From NCBI GenBank assembly GCA_964601305.1, contig CAZRMW010000002.1:3439-67438 (forward strand): 64,000 bases of DNA, given 5' to 3'. The notes under the pieces were generated by a model. It was not told where the DNA came from, did no database searches, and worked only from the letters and a program-made list of their open reading frames with translations. The position numbers and the translations under genes are program-made. Every line of letters begins with the position of its first letter. Positions within the stretch are counted from its first letter, which is position 1. This DNA is from an uncultured Candidatus Saccharibacteria bacterium. Its GTDB lineage: Bacteria; Patescibacteriota; Minisyncoccia; JAHISW01; Tagabacteraceae. Of the stretch, positions 1-9,131 are shown one piece after another.

Positions 1-3
1 TAT

Positions 4-38
4 AAAAACCCCTGGCGCATTTATGCCAGGGGTTTTTT
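4..38. terminator. bidirectional intrinsic terminator hairpin
   Basis: 8-bp stem CCCCTGGC (9-16) / GCCAGGGG (25-32) with 8-nt loop, flanked by an A-run (5-8) and a T6 run (33-38). Confidence 0.6.
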
Positions 39-44
39 GATTTA

Positions 45-482
45 TCAGTCACCTATAAATTTGTCAAATTCAAAACCAATCCTTCTTTCTATATTTTTAT
101 ACTCTCTTTGTTGTTCTCGTTGTTTTATAATTTTTTTTAATCCAAACACAGCATACAAAACCACATCCGATGAGTTTTTTTCTAAATAATTGTTAAACTC
201 TTTTAACATAAATTCCAAAACAAAAGGATCGAGCAATTTAAAACACAATGGTAGTGGATTATTTTCTTTTATACAAAACACTGTTTCTCTTTTACTTTCT
301 TCTCCTTCTTTTACATTAACTCTTATTTCATCTTTTGAAACTTTCTCTCCTGATTTTTCAGAAAATCTCCATTGAAAATAACCTTTTGCTATATCAACAT
401 CTTCTTTTGTTGTAATAACAGAATAATGAATATGTCCTTTCAAAAATCCTTTTTCTTTATCAATTTCAAACTCAAATTTCAT
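45..482 (-). CDS. hypothetical protein
   Basis: 145-aa ORF with no recognisable motifs; divergently arranged with the AbrB-like gene. Confidence 0.45.
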   Translation of the reverse strand: MKFEFEIDKEKGFLKGHIHYSVITTKEDVDIAKGYFQWRFSEKSGEKVSKDEIRVNVKEGEESKRETVFCIKENNPLPLCFKLLDPFVLEFMLKEFNNYLEKNSSDVVLYAVFGLKKIIKQREQQREYKNIERRIGFEFDKFIGD

Positions 483-560
483 TTTGTACTCCTTATTTGA
501 AGGTGTTAAAGAAATATCTACCTAAAGACTAATTTAATTCTTGCTTGTAGTCAAACAAAA

Positions 561-606
561 TAGTATATACGATAGTGTACACTATGATGTATACTATAGT
601 GTATAT
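561..606. promoter_or_regulatory. putative operator: perfect 14-bp palindrome ATAGTGTACACTAT (572-585) plus ATAGTGTA / TATACTAT repeats and an ACTATAGT palindrome
   Basis: Read directly from sequence; lies in the divergent promoter region and overlaps the 5' end of the AbrB-like ORF. Confidence 0.4.
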
Positions 607-775
607 GAAAGATAAAAAATATATTCACAAATTAAGAAAACTTTCTAAATATACTTATTCTTTAATAATTCCTAAAGAAATCATTAAAAAGTATAGTTGG
701 AGAGAAAAACAAAAAATAGAAATAAAAGACAAGGGTAGAGGTAAAGTAGAAATTAAAGATTGGAGAAGAAGATAA
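605..775 (+). CDS. AbrB/MazE-family (swapped-hairpin) small DNA-binding protein
   Basis: 56 aa from ATG at 605 (MKDKKYIHKLRKL...). The segment KYTYSLIIPKEIIKKYSWREKQKIEIKDKGRGKVEIKDW fits the MazE/AbrB pattern (S..IPK...... then G.V.I...G). The ORF-track start at 575 is a GTG inside the palindrome and is probably not used. Confidence 0.5.
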   Translation: MKDKKYIHKLRKLSKYTYSLIIPKEIIKKYSWREKQKIEIKDKGRGKVEIKDWRRR

Positions 776-896
776 ATACTATCTATTTACAAACTAGTTA
801 TTTTTTGCTATTATAAAGAAACAAAATCCTGATAAGGGTTTTTTATATAGGTCGGCTGATTTTTAAAATATATATTAAAATTAAACTTTTAATAAC

Positions 897-1127
897 ATGG
901 ACGAAGAAATGAACACAAACACAGAGGAGATGACAACTGACGCTCCTGCGACAGACGACGCTCCTACTACTGATACTCCTGTTGAGGAAACTTCTACAGA
1001 AGAAATATCAACAGAAAACCCTGTATCAGAAGAAACTACTGAAGAAGCTACACCTGAAGCCCTTGAGGCAACAGAAGAAGCCACTCCAGAGGCTACAGAA
1101 GAAACTTCTACTGAAGCTACAGAGTAA
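897..1127 (+). CDS. acidic Thr/Glu-rich low-complexity protein
   Basis: 76 aa with ATEEATPEA-type repeats; followed by a perfect palindromic terminator. The antisense Ser/Val-rich ORF 881-1132 is its mirror image. Confidence 0.35.
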   Translation: MDEEMNTNTEEMTTDAPATDDAPTTDTPVEETSTEEISTENPVSEETTEEATPEALEATEEATPEATEETSTEATE

Positions 1128-1132
1128 TTCAT

Positions 1133-1162
1133 AAAACATTCCGCAATATTGCGGAATGTTTT
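1133..1162. terminator. bidirectional terminator; perfect 22-nt palindrome CATTCCGCAATATTGCGGAATG
   Basis: Palindrome at 1137-1158 flanked by AAAA and TTTT; sits between the converging ORF 897-1127 and tyrS. Confidence 0.65.
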
Positions 1163-1165
1163 AAT

Positions 1166-2341
1166 TTAGAGAATAATTTTCACAAACTTTTTCTTACCAA
1201 TCCGGACTGTCCCGGATTTTTCTATTTTGTAGTGTATATCATCTATTTTTTCTCCATCAAAATCTATTGCACCATCCTTTATAAGTCTTCTAAAATCTGA
1301 AGAAGATTCTATAATATTATTATTTAAAACAATATCTTTTAATTCTTCTCCTTTTTTTACTTTAAATTCTTCTATATTTTCTGGTAATTCTCTTTTTTGA
1401 AAAGTATTTTCGAAATTTTCTTGCGCCTTCTTAGCTTCATTTTCTCCATGAAATATTTTTACTATTTCGTAAGCACATCTTTTTTTAGCATCCATTGGGC
1501 TTTCTTTTAAAACTTTTTCTATTTCTTCCAATTCAAGCCTAGTATTATTTATAGCAAAAATTTCTGTCATTTCGTCTGGTTGAGCCATTATGGCTCCAAA
1601 CATATCTGAAGGAGGTGTATTTATAAACACACCTTTACCATTACTTTTAGACATTAATTCTCCTGTTTTTGGGTTTTCCATAAGATTAACAGCTAAAACG
1701 AATTTGTCTTTATTTTTTAATTTCTTTAACAATGTACGCCCAACCATGGCATTAAAAATTTGGTCTGTACCACACATTTCTACATCTACATCCATAGCTA
1801 CACTATCGTACCCTTGCATAAGTGGGTACATAAATTCATTTAAATATATTGGTTTGTTTTCCTTCATTCTGTGTTCAAACATATCTCTTTCGAGCATTTG
1901 CTGAACTGTAAAATTACTTGCCAAATCAACAACTTCTTTAAAAGACAGTTTTGAAAGCCAATCATTGTTATATTTTATTTGTGGAGGATTTTCTTTTGCA
2001 TCAAAATCCATTAATGGTTTTACTTGCTTAACCCAACTTTCAACATTATTTTTTACTTCTTTTTCTGATAATTGTTTTCTTACAGCACTTCTGTCTGTGG
2101 GATCTCCAATTCTAGCAGTAAAATCACCAAAAAGAACTATAACCTCATGTCCTAGTTTTCTAAAATCTTCCAAAAGTAAGAAGTTTTTTGCATGGCTTAA
2201 ATGAAGCGCTGTAGATGTTGGATCAAATCCTATGTAAAATCGAAGTTTTTCTCCACTTTCAAGTTTTTTCTTAAATTCATCAATACTTGGAAGTACATCC
2301 ATAATAATCCCTCTACTAAATATTTTTTCTATATCACTCAT
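1166..2341 (-). CDS. tyrS: tyrosyl-tRNA synthetase
   Basis: Class I aaRS: GFDPTSTALHLSH (HIGH-type motif), KMSKS-like ELMSKSNGKG, and a C-terminal S4 domain (FRRLIKDGAIDFDGEKI) typical of TyrRS. Confidence 0.85.
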   Translation of the reverse strand: MSDIEKIFSRGIIMDVLPSIDEFKKKLESGEKLRFYIGFDPTSTALHLSHAKNFLLLEDFRKLGHEVIVLFGDFTARIGDPTDRSAVRKQLSEKEVKNNVESWVKQVKPLMDFDAKENPPQIKYNNDWLSKLSFKEVVDLASNFTVQQMLERDMFEHRMKENKPIYLNEFMYPLMQGYDSVAMDVDVEMCGTDQIFNAMVGRTLLKKLKNKDKFVLAVNLMENPKTGELMSKSNGKGVFINTPPSDMFGAIMAQPDEMTEIFAINNTRLELEEIEKVLKESPMDAKKRCAYEIVKIFHGENEAKKAQENFENTFQKRELPENIEEFKVKKGEELKDIVLNNNIIESSSDFRRLIKDGAIDFDGEKIDDIHYKIEKSGTVRIGKKKFVKIIL

Positions 2342-2410
2342 TCTTAAAGAGTACCAAAAAACTTGTTTTTTATCAATTTATAGTATAAATTTCGTGTTAT
2401 AATTAAAATT

Positions 2411-4579
2411 ATGAAAAAGAAAAATAAAATAAGAAATTTATTAGTTTACCTTACAACAGCTTTTGTTGTTTGTTTCTTGATTATTGGTTTTTTGTTTTTA
2501 TTATGGATTAAGTCCTTGCCAATACCAGATTTTGAAACTTTTAACGAAAGAAAAATCATCCAATCCACAAAAATATATGATAGAACAGGTAAAAATCTTT
2601 TATACGATGTTTTTAAGGATGTAAAAAGAACTGTAATACCATACGAAGAAATCCCTCTTCATATTAAAAATGCCACTGTAATAATAGAAGATGAAAATTT
2701 TTATCAACACAATGGTATAAGTATTGAGGGTATTTTAAGAGCATTTACAACCAATTTGAAACACGGAAAAATAAAAGGACAAGGTGGCTCTACAATTACA
2801 CAACAACTTGTTAAAAATAGTTTCTTAACACCAGAAAAAACTTTTACACGAAAAATAAAAGAAGCTATTATTGCACTCAAAATCGAAAGAGTATTTTCAA
2901 AAGAGAAAATTCTTACTCTTTATCTAAACGAAATTCCTTATGGTGGAACTAATTACGGAATAGAGTCTGCCTCTCAATCTTTTTTTAACAAACAAGCTAA
3001 AAATTTAACGTTAGCTGAATCAGCTTATTTAGCAGCTATACCACAAAGACCAACCTATTATTCACCTTATGGTTCTCATATTGATGAACTTGAAGAAAGA
3101 AAAACTTTTATTTTAGAAAAAATGCTTCAACTTGGTTTTATTTCTGAAAATGAATATAATAATGCAATTTCTGAAGAAGTAGTGTTTTCTAGTATACAAG
3201 AAAAAGGAATAGAAGCACCACATTTTGTAATGTATATAAAAAGCTATTTAGAAGAAATGTATGGGGCAGATTTTGTAGAATATGGCGGATTAAAAGTTAC
3301 TACAACATTAGATTTAGAATTACAAAAAGAAGCTGAAAAACTAGCTTTAGAGTATTCAAAAACTAATGAAAAAAATTTTAATGCAAAAAATACTGGTATA
3401 GTTGGTGTAGACCCAAAAACAGGACAAATAATTATAATGGTTGGTTCTAGAAATTATTTCGACGAAGAATATGAAGGAAAATACAATATAGCACTTGCAG
3501 AAAGACAACCTGGCTCCGCTTTTAAGCCTTTTGTATATGCTACAGCGTTTAAAAAAGGGTATACTCCAGAAACTGTTGTTTTTGATTTAAAAACAGAATT
3601 TAATTCTTCTTGTAATCCAGATAGTACCCCTAAATTTGGTACCGAAGAAGATGAATGTTATAGTCCTGGAAATTATGACAATATTTTTAGAGGTCCAGTA
3701 AGCCTAAGAAATGCTTTGGCTCAATCTATAAACGTTCCTGCTGTTAAAACACTTTATCTTGCTGGATTAAACGATTCATTAAACACTGCTAAAGATATGG
3801 GTATTTCTACTCTTACAGACCCATTACGATATGGATTAACCTTAGTTCTTGGAGGTGGGGAAGTAAGCTTGCTTGATATTACAAGTGCTTATTCTGTGTT
3901 TGCTAACGACGGAATAAAAAATAAGACTGTAGGAATTTTAAAAATTACAGATAATGAAGGAAATATAATTAAAAACTTCGAACCTCAACCAACAAGAGTA
4001 CTAGATCCTAATGTTTCTAGTATGATAAACGATGTTTTGTCAGACAATGTGGCGCGCACACCAGCTTTTGGAGCAAGATCCTGGCTTTATTTCTCAGACA
4101 GAGATGTTGCGGCCAAAACTGGTACAACAAACGACTATAGAGATGCTTGGGTGGTAGGATATACCCCAAATTTTTCTCTAGGTGTGTGGGTAGGAAATAA
4201 CGACAACACCTCTATGGAAAAAAGAGTTGCCGGATTTATTACAGCTCCTTTATGGAATGCAGTATTTAATAAAGTTTTTGAATCTTTACCAAAAGAAGAT
4301 TTTAAGAAAAATGAACAAAACAATATTCACAAAAACATAAAACCAGTACTACGTGGATACTATATGGGTAGTAAAACAAATTTAGTAGACACAGATAATG
4401 GACAAATAACAGAAAATATACCTACTCAAATTCATTCTATATTATATTGGGTAGACAAAAATGATCCAAACGGAGAAATACCAACAAACCCAGAAAAAGA
4501 TTCTCAGTTTTATTTATGGGAAAAACCAGTAAGAGATTGGTTGGCAACACAAAACATTATTGAAGAATATCAAAATTAA
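2411..4579 (+). CDS. class A penicillin-binding protein (bifunctional glycosyltransferase/transpeptidase, PBP1A-like)
   Basis: N-terminal TM; GT51 motifs EDENFYQHNGI and GGSTITQQLVKN; transpeptidase SAFKPF (SxxK), SIN (SxN) and KTGTT (KTG). Confidence 0.9.
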   Translation: MKKKNKIRNLLVYLTTAFVVCFLIIGFLFLLWIKSLPIPDFETFNERKIIQSTKIYDRTGKNLLYDVFKDVKRTVIPYEEIPLHIKNATVIIEDENFYQHNGISIEGILRAFTTNLKHGKIKGQGGSTITQQLVKNSFLTPEKTFTRKIKEAIIALKIERVFSKEKILTLYLNEIPYGGTNYGIESASQSFFNKQAKNLTLAESAYLAAIPQRPTYYSPYGSHIDELEERKTFILEKMLQLGFISENEYNNAISEEVVFSSIQEKGIEAPHFVMYIKSYLEEMYGADFVEYGGLKVTTTLDLELQKEAEKLALEYSKTNEKNFNAKNTGIVGVDPKTGQIIIMVGSRNYFDEEYEGKYNIALAERQPGSAFKPFVYATAFKKGYTPETVVFDLKTEFNSSCNPDSTPKFGTEEDECYSPGNYDNIFRGPVSLRNALAQSINVPAVKTLYLAGLNDSLNTAKDMGISTLTDPLRYGLTLVLGGGEVSLLDITSAYSVFANDGIKNKTVGILKITDNEGNIIKNFEPQPTRVLDPNVSSMINDVLSDNVARTPAFGARSWLYFSDRDVAAKTGTTNDYRDAWVVGYTPNFSLGVWVGNNDNTSMEKRVAGFITAPLWNAVFNKVFESLPKEDFKKNEQNNIHKNIKPVLRGYYMGSKTNLVDTDNGQITENIPTQIHSILYWVDKNDPNGEIPTNPEKDSQFYLWEKPVRDWLATQNIIEEYQN

Positions 4580-5676
4580 ATATTCTTCATCGGCGATATT
4601 AAATACTTAAATGAAGAATCTCCTAAACCTGTAACTAAGAGTGGTTTACCTTCGCCACTAAACTTAAAAATTATTTTTTCAGTACCAATAGAAGATAAGC
4701 ATTCCACAAGATAACGATAATTAAATACCGATGTTAAGTCATCACCCTCTATATCTCCTTTTATATTGTTAATATGTTCTCCTAGCTCAGAATTGTTAGA
4801 TAAAAATTCTAAAAAATTCTCCCCTTTATATATCTTTATTCTAATTTCGTTCAATTTACCACAAAACATTGCTGAGCTTTTTAAAACATTCAACAATTCT
4901 TTTTTACTTACTGTAGCAATATTTGTAAAATCTGTAGGTATTATTTGTTTATAATCAATGTATTTACTGTCAACCAATCTTGTTATGAATTGAATATTAT
5001 CCGACTCTAAAAGTATATTGTTATCGTCAATTTTTATTTTTAAATCACCGTCTTTGTTTTCAAAAATTCTCAAAATTTCAACAACACTTCTGTAAGGAAT
5101 CAAAAGATTGGGGAAATCTGAAAAATTATAATGAATTATTTTTTCAGCCAACCGGAAAGTATCAGTTGCAACAAAAGTTAAAGGGTTTTTTTCTGAAGAG
5201 TTTAAATAAACACTATTTAACTCTGGTTTCATTTCTGAAATAGATACTCCATAATATACAGATCTTAAACCAGACATAAAATCACTTACAGATAAGCTAA
5301 AATTCTTTTTTTCTTTTATTTCAGGAAGTATAGGGAAATCTTCAACCGGATACCCTTTGATTGTAGTAGAGCTACTATTTGTTATTACAACTAAATTTTC
5401 GCCTGAAGTAGAAAGTTTAATATTATCATCTTGAAGAGAAGAAACAAGATTTGAAAAAACTTTAGATGGTACGGCAATCTTACCTTCTTCTTTGATTTCT
5501 ACTGGTATAGTTACCCTTAAACCTACTTCAAGATTAGTACTTAAGAAATGAAGTTTATTTTTTCCTGTTTTTATAAGTACAGTATTTAAAATCGGTAGGG
5601 AAGGGTTTTTGTTTGGAATTTTTTCACTAAGAGAAGATGCTTCTTGTAGATATTTTTTTATACAATTAACTTTCAT
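4576..5676 (-). CDS. dnaN: DNA polymerase III beta sliding clamp
   Basis: 366 aa immediately downstream of dnaA on the same strand; three-domain clamp-like composition. Confidence 0.8.
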   Translation of the reverse strand: MKVNCIKKYLQEASSLSEKIPNKNPSLPILNTVLIKTGKNKLHFLSTNLEVGLRVTIPVEIKEEGKIAVPSKVFSNLVSSLQDDNIKLSTSGENLVVITNSSSTTIKGYPVEDFPILPEIKEKKNFSLSVSDFMSGLRSVYYGVSISEMKPELNSVYLNSSEKNPLTFVATDTFRLAEKIIHYNFSDFPNLLIPYRSVVEILRIFENKDGDLKIKIDDNNILLESDNIQFITRLVDSKYIDYKQIIPTDFTNIATVSKKELLNVLKSSAMFCGKLNEIRIKIYKGENFLEFLSNNSELGEHINNIKGDIEGDDLTSVFNYRYLVECLSSIGTEKIIFKFSGEGKPLLVTGLGDSSFKYLISPMKNI

Positions 5677-5898
5677 TATTTTATATATATTATATTAGTA
5701 ATATATTAATTAAATATTTATTATTACTATTAGCTTTGTGAGTATGTGTATAATTTTTTAATATTCTTTTAAAATATAGCTCAAAAAAATATTTGTTTAT
5801 AATAAGTTGTTGATAAATACACAATACTTTTGTTGATAACTTTTATGTTTTGTTTATTCCTTGTTTTTATACACAGTTTTGTTAGTAATTTATCAACA
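5677..5898. promoter_or_regulatory. oriC: putative oriC: DnaA-box cluster plus AT-rich unwinding element in the dnaA-dnaN intergenic region
   Basis: TGTTGATAA at 5808-5816 and 5831-5839 (reverse of TTATCAACA), TTATACACA at 5867-5875, TTATCAACA at 5890-5898; the consensus DnaA box is TTATCCACA. A >90% AT tract lies at 5681-5740. Confidence 0.6.
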
Positions 5899-7287
5899 TT
5901 ATTTATACAGGTAATCCCTAATTTTTTGTATATCACCTTTAATTTGATGATTGGTTTTTAAATCTCTTGATATTTTTTCATAAGCATGGATTACTGTGGT
6001 GTGGTCTCTTCCACCAAGTTTCTGACCAATATAAGGGTAAGATGCTTTAAAATCTTCTCTAAGTAAGTACATTGCTATTTGTCTTGGTAGAACATATTCT
6101 TTTCTTCTGGATTTTTCAAAAATTCTATTTTTTTCTATTTCATAAAATTCAACAATTGTTTCAATGATTTTATTGAAGGTAACTTTTTTTCTAGAGTAAA
6201 AAATATTTTTATTAATTAAATCTTTTAATTCGGTGGTTGTTAGATTTTTATCAAGAAGTTTTGTTTGCGCAGAAATAACATTTAAAGAACCTTCAAGCTC
6301 TCTAACATTATTTTTTATTATAGAAGCTATATATTCTATAATTTCTTTTGGTAATTCTATATTTTTTTCTGTTGATTTAGAATTTAAAATAGCCAATCTT
6401 GCTTCGTATTCTGGTCTTGATACATCGGCCATCATTCCTCCTTCAAATCTTGTTTTAAGCCTATCCTCAAGGTCTGGAATAGATTTTGGAGGTCTATCTG
6501 ATGAAAATATAATTTGTTTGTTGTTTTCATAGAGAGTGTTAAATATATGGAAAAACTCCTCTCTAGTTTTTGTTTTTCCAGACAAAAACTGAACATCATC
6601 CATTATTAATAAGTCATATTTTTTATATTCTTCTTTAAATTCGTATGTTTTGTATTTCTGAATAGATTGAACAAGATTACTTGTAAATTTTTCTGATGTT
6701 GTGTATTTAATTTTAAAATTTTTATTTTTTTCTCTTAATTTATTTCCAATAGCTTGAAGTAAGTGTGTTTTTCCAAGACCAGATTCTCCATACACAAATA
6801 GTGGATTATAAACAGATCCTGGATTTTTAGTTACTGCTATGGCCGCAGCATGAGCAAGTTCATTAAAAGAACCTACAATAAAATTATTAAATGTATATCT
6901 TTTATTTAAAGAACTATTATCTTCATATATATTAGAAAAACCTAATTGTGTTGTTGTATTTATATTTTTTTCTATTTTTTCATTTTCTTCTACAATTTTA
7001 AATATTTTATTTGTATTACTTTGAATATTAGAACAAATTATATATTCAACAGCTCTTATAGAAGGATCTATTTTTCTAAAAGCTCCTATTATAAATTTAT
7101 TATATTTGTTTTGTATCCATTCTTTTGCAAAACTATTAGGAACACTTAAAAAAACAATACCATTTTTTGTTTTATTTATATTAGTATTTTTAAACCAAGT
7201 TATAAAATTAGCTTTGGATATAATAGATTCTATTTCTAATAGAACTTTTTCCCAAACTTCATCTTTATTTGTCTGTTCTATAGTCAT
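5899..7287 (-). CDS. dnaA: chromosomal replication initiator DnaA
   Basis: Walker A GESGLGKTHLL, AAA+ core, and C-terminal DnaA signature helix-turn-helix (VLPRQIAMYLLRE...GGRDHTTVIHAYEKI). Confidence 0.95.
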   Translation of the reverse strand: MTIEQTNKDEVWEKVLLEIESIISKANFITWFKNTNINKTKNGIVFLSVPNSFAKEWIQNKYNKFIIGAFRKIDPSIRAVEYIICSNIQSNTNKIFKIVEENEKIEKNINTTTQLGFSNIYEDNSSLNKRYTFNNFIVGSFNELAHAAAIAVTKNPGSVYNPLFVYGESGLGKTHLLQAIGNKLREKNKNFKIKYTTSEKFTSNLVQSIQKYKTYEFKEEYKKYDLLIMDDVQFLSGKTKTREEFFHIFNTLYENNKQIIFSSDRPPKSIPDLEDRLKTRFEGGMMADVSRPEYEARLAILNSKSTEKNIELPKEIIEYIASIIKNNVRELEGSLNVISAQTKLLDKNLTTTELKDLINKNIFYSRKKVTFNKIIETIVEFYEIEKNRIFEKSRRKEYVLPRQIAMYLLREDFKASYPYIGQKLGGRDHTTVIHAYEKISRDLKTNHQIKGDIQKIRDYLYK

Positions 7288-7415
7288 TAAACTAATTATA
7301 TCAGTTTAGTATTAATAAGGTAAAATAATAAAAACTACTATAATGTTAACAAGTTGTGTATTACCTGTGAATATTGCTTTTTAATAACTTTGTTATATAA
7401 TAAGAAAATCTAATT

Positions 7416-7550
7416 ATGTCAGTCACATATAACCCAAAAAAAGGAAAAAGAAGTAAAACACATGGTTTTTTAAAAAGATCAAGTTCTCCTGGTGGTAAAA
7501 ATATTTTAAAAAATAGGAGAAGAAAAGGCCGAAAAAAACTTAGTGTTTAA
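7416..7550 (+). CDS. rpmH: 50S ribosomal protein L34
   Basis: 44-aa ORF MSVTYNPKKGKRSKTHGFLKRSSSPGGKNILKNRRRKGRKKLSV matches the L34 consensus (..KRxxTHGFxxRMxTxxGRxxLxRRRxKGRKxLxV). It is below the ORF-track size cutoff. It sits immediately upstream of rnpA, the canonical arrangement. Confidence 0.85.
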   Translation: MSVTYNPKKGKRSKTHGFLKRSSSPGGKNILKNRRRKGRKKLSV

Positions 7551-7556
7551 ATTATT

Positions 7557-7901
7557 ATGCTACCTCTTAAGAGTAGATTTAAAAAAGAGGATTTTGAAAG
7601 TATAAAAAATTTTAAGAGAAAAAGTTTTTCTTCTAAAAATTTTACTTTAAAATTATACGACTCTGCTTTTTCGCCGAGTCGTTTTGCTATTGTTGTTTCA
7701 AAAAATTTTTCAAAAAGTGCTGTCAATAGAAATAGAATAAAAAGACAAATTAAAGGAATTATAAATAAAAATATAAAAGAAATTAAAAATGGTTTTGCTA
7801 TAATTATTTATATAAAAAAAGAAGTAAAAGAAAAAATTAATTTTAAAGAAACACAAAAAGAAATTATAAATTTATTTAAAAAATCTAATATTTTAAAATA
7901 A
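7557..7901 (+). CDS. rnpA: ribonuclease P protein component
   Basis: 114-aa basic protein following rpmH in the conserved rpmH-rnpA-yidC-jag cluster. Confidence 0.75.
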   Translation: MLPLKSRFKKEDFESIKNFKRKSFSSKNFTLKLYDSAFSPSRFAIVVSKNFSKSAVNRNRIKRQIKGIINKNIKEIKNGFAIIIYIKKEVKEKINFKETQKEIINLFKKSNILK

Positions 7902-8698
7902 TGTTTTCTATAATATACAACACAATATTTTATGAACCTCTATATAATATATTAATTTTTTTAATTAACATATTACCTTTTCATAGTTTAGGTTTAGCTA
8001 TAATTTTACTCACAATAATAGTAAGATTAATTATTTTTCCATTTAGTCATAAATCAGTAATTACTCAAAAGAAAATTAAAGTAATAGAGCCAGAAATAAA
8101 CAAAATAAAAGAGAAATATAAGAATAAAAAAGAAGAACAAACAAGACAAATAATGAGTTTATATAAAGAACATGGAATTAGTCCTTTTTCTGGTTTTTTA
8201 ATGATTTTAATACAATTACCTATTTTTATTGCTTTATTTGTAATTCTTAAAGATATTTCAAATTTAAATGAAGATATTGTTTATTCATTCTTATTAATAC
8301 CAGAAAATATAAATACATTATTTTTAGGTTTTATAGAAATTTCTAAATCTAATCTTTTTATATCTATTTTAGCTGGTGTGTCTCAATTTTTTCAAATAAA
8401 ACTTGCAATGCCTATTACTCCAAAACAATCAAAAAACCCTTCTCTTTCAACAGAATTTCAAAGAAGTATGAGTATACAAATGAAATATATAATGCCATTT
8501 TTTATTGTATTTATTTCTCAAAAATTTCCTTCAGGATTAGCTCTTTATTGGACAACTTCAAATATATTTGCTATATTTCATGAAATTGCAGTTTCAAGAA
8601 AGTCTAATAAAATAATACAAAAAAATGACCCCGTAAAAGAATCTAAAGATTCCCACGAGGTAAAAAACCAACATGGAAGAGAAAATAAATCAAATTAA
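7901..8698 (+). CDS. yidC: membrane protein insertase YidC (short form)
   Basis: Multi-TM 265-aa protein with the conserved C-terminal YidC/Oxa1 region (ALYWTTSNIFAIFHE); position after rnpA. Confidence 0.8.
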   Translation: MFSIIYNTIFYEPLYNILIFLINILPFHSLGLAIILLTIIVRLIIFPFSHKSVITQKKIKVIEPEINKIKEKYKNKKEEQTRQIMSLYKEHGISPFSGFLMILIQLPIFIALFVILKDISNLNEDIVYSFLLIPENINTLFLGFIEISKSNLFISILAGVSQFFQIKLAMPITPKQSKNPSLSTEFQRSMSIQMKYIMPFFIVFISQKFPSGLALYWTTSNIFAIFHEIAVSRKSNKIIQKNDPVKESKDSHEVKNQHGRENKSN

Positions 8699-9131
8699 AA
8701 AATTAATAGAAGATTTATTAGAGAAATTAACTATTAATGGGAGAGTAGAAACAGAAGAAACAGTGGATGGTCCACAATTTATTATAAGAACTCCAGAAGG
8801 GGGATTGCTTATTGGTGAAAATGGAAAAAATTTAATTTCTTTTAATCATTTAGTAAAAAAAATTATATCTAAAGAAAAAAATAAAGAAGATTCTTTTTCT
8901 TTTTCTTTAGATATAAATGGTTATCAAAATAAAAAAATAGAAGACTTAAAAGATATAGCCAGAGTAAATGCACAAAGAGTAAGATATTTTAAAAAAGAAA
9001 TAATTTTAAAGGCAATGTCTTCTTATGAAAGAAGAATTGTTCATATGGCACTTTCAGATTCTCCCGATATTAGCACAGATAGCATTGGACAAGAGCCAGA
9101 GAGAAAAATTGTTATAAAACCATATCTCTAA
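8673..9131 (+). CDS. jag: Jag/KhpB-like KH plus R3H RNA-binding protein
   Basis: R3H motif region (SSYERRIVHMALSD) and its position after yidC. Confidence 0.7.
   Translation: MEEKINQIKKLIEDLLEKLTINGRVETEETVDGPQFIIRTPEGGLLIGENGKNLISFNHLVKKIISKEKNKEDSFSFSLDINGYQNKKIEDLKDIARVNAQRVRYFKKEIILKAMSSYERRIVHMALSDSPDISTDSIGQEPERKIVIKPYL

Noticed and set aside
881-1132. 83-aa Ser/Val-rich ORF on the minus strand
   Set aside because: It is the antisense mirror of the acidic low-complexity ORF 897-1127. Low-complexity GAA/GCT repeats give open frames on both strands, and the plus-strand ORF was kept because of the terminator just downstream.
1590-7309. Antisense or embedded short ORFs inside tyrS, PBP1A, dnaN and dnaA (for example 1590-1904, 1965-2204, 4135-4323, 4766-4954, 6233-6532, 6946-7149, 7106-7309)
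   Set aside because: Wholly contained within well-supported conserved genes on the opposite strand or in alternative frames; typical AT-rich spurious ORFs.
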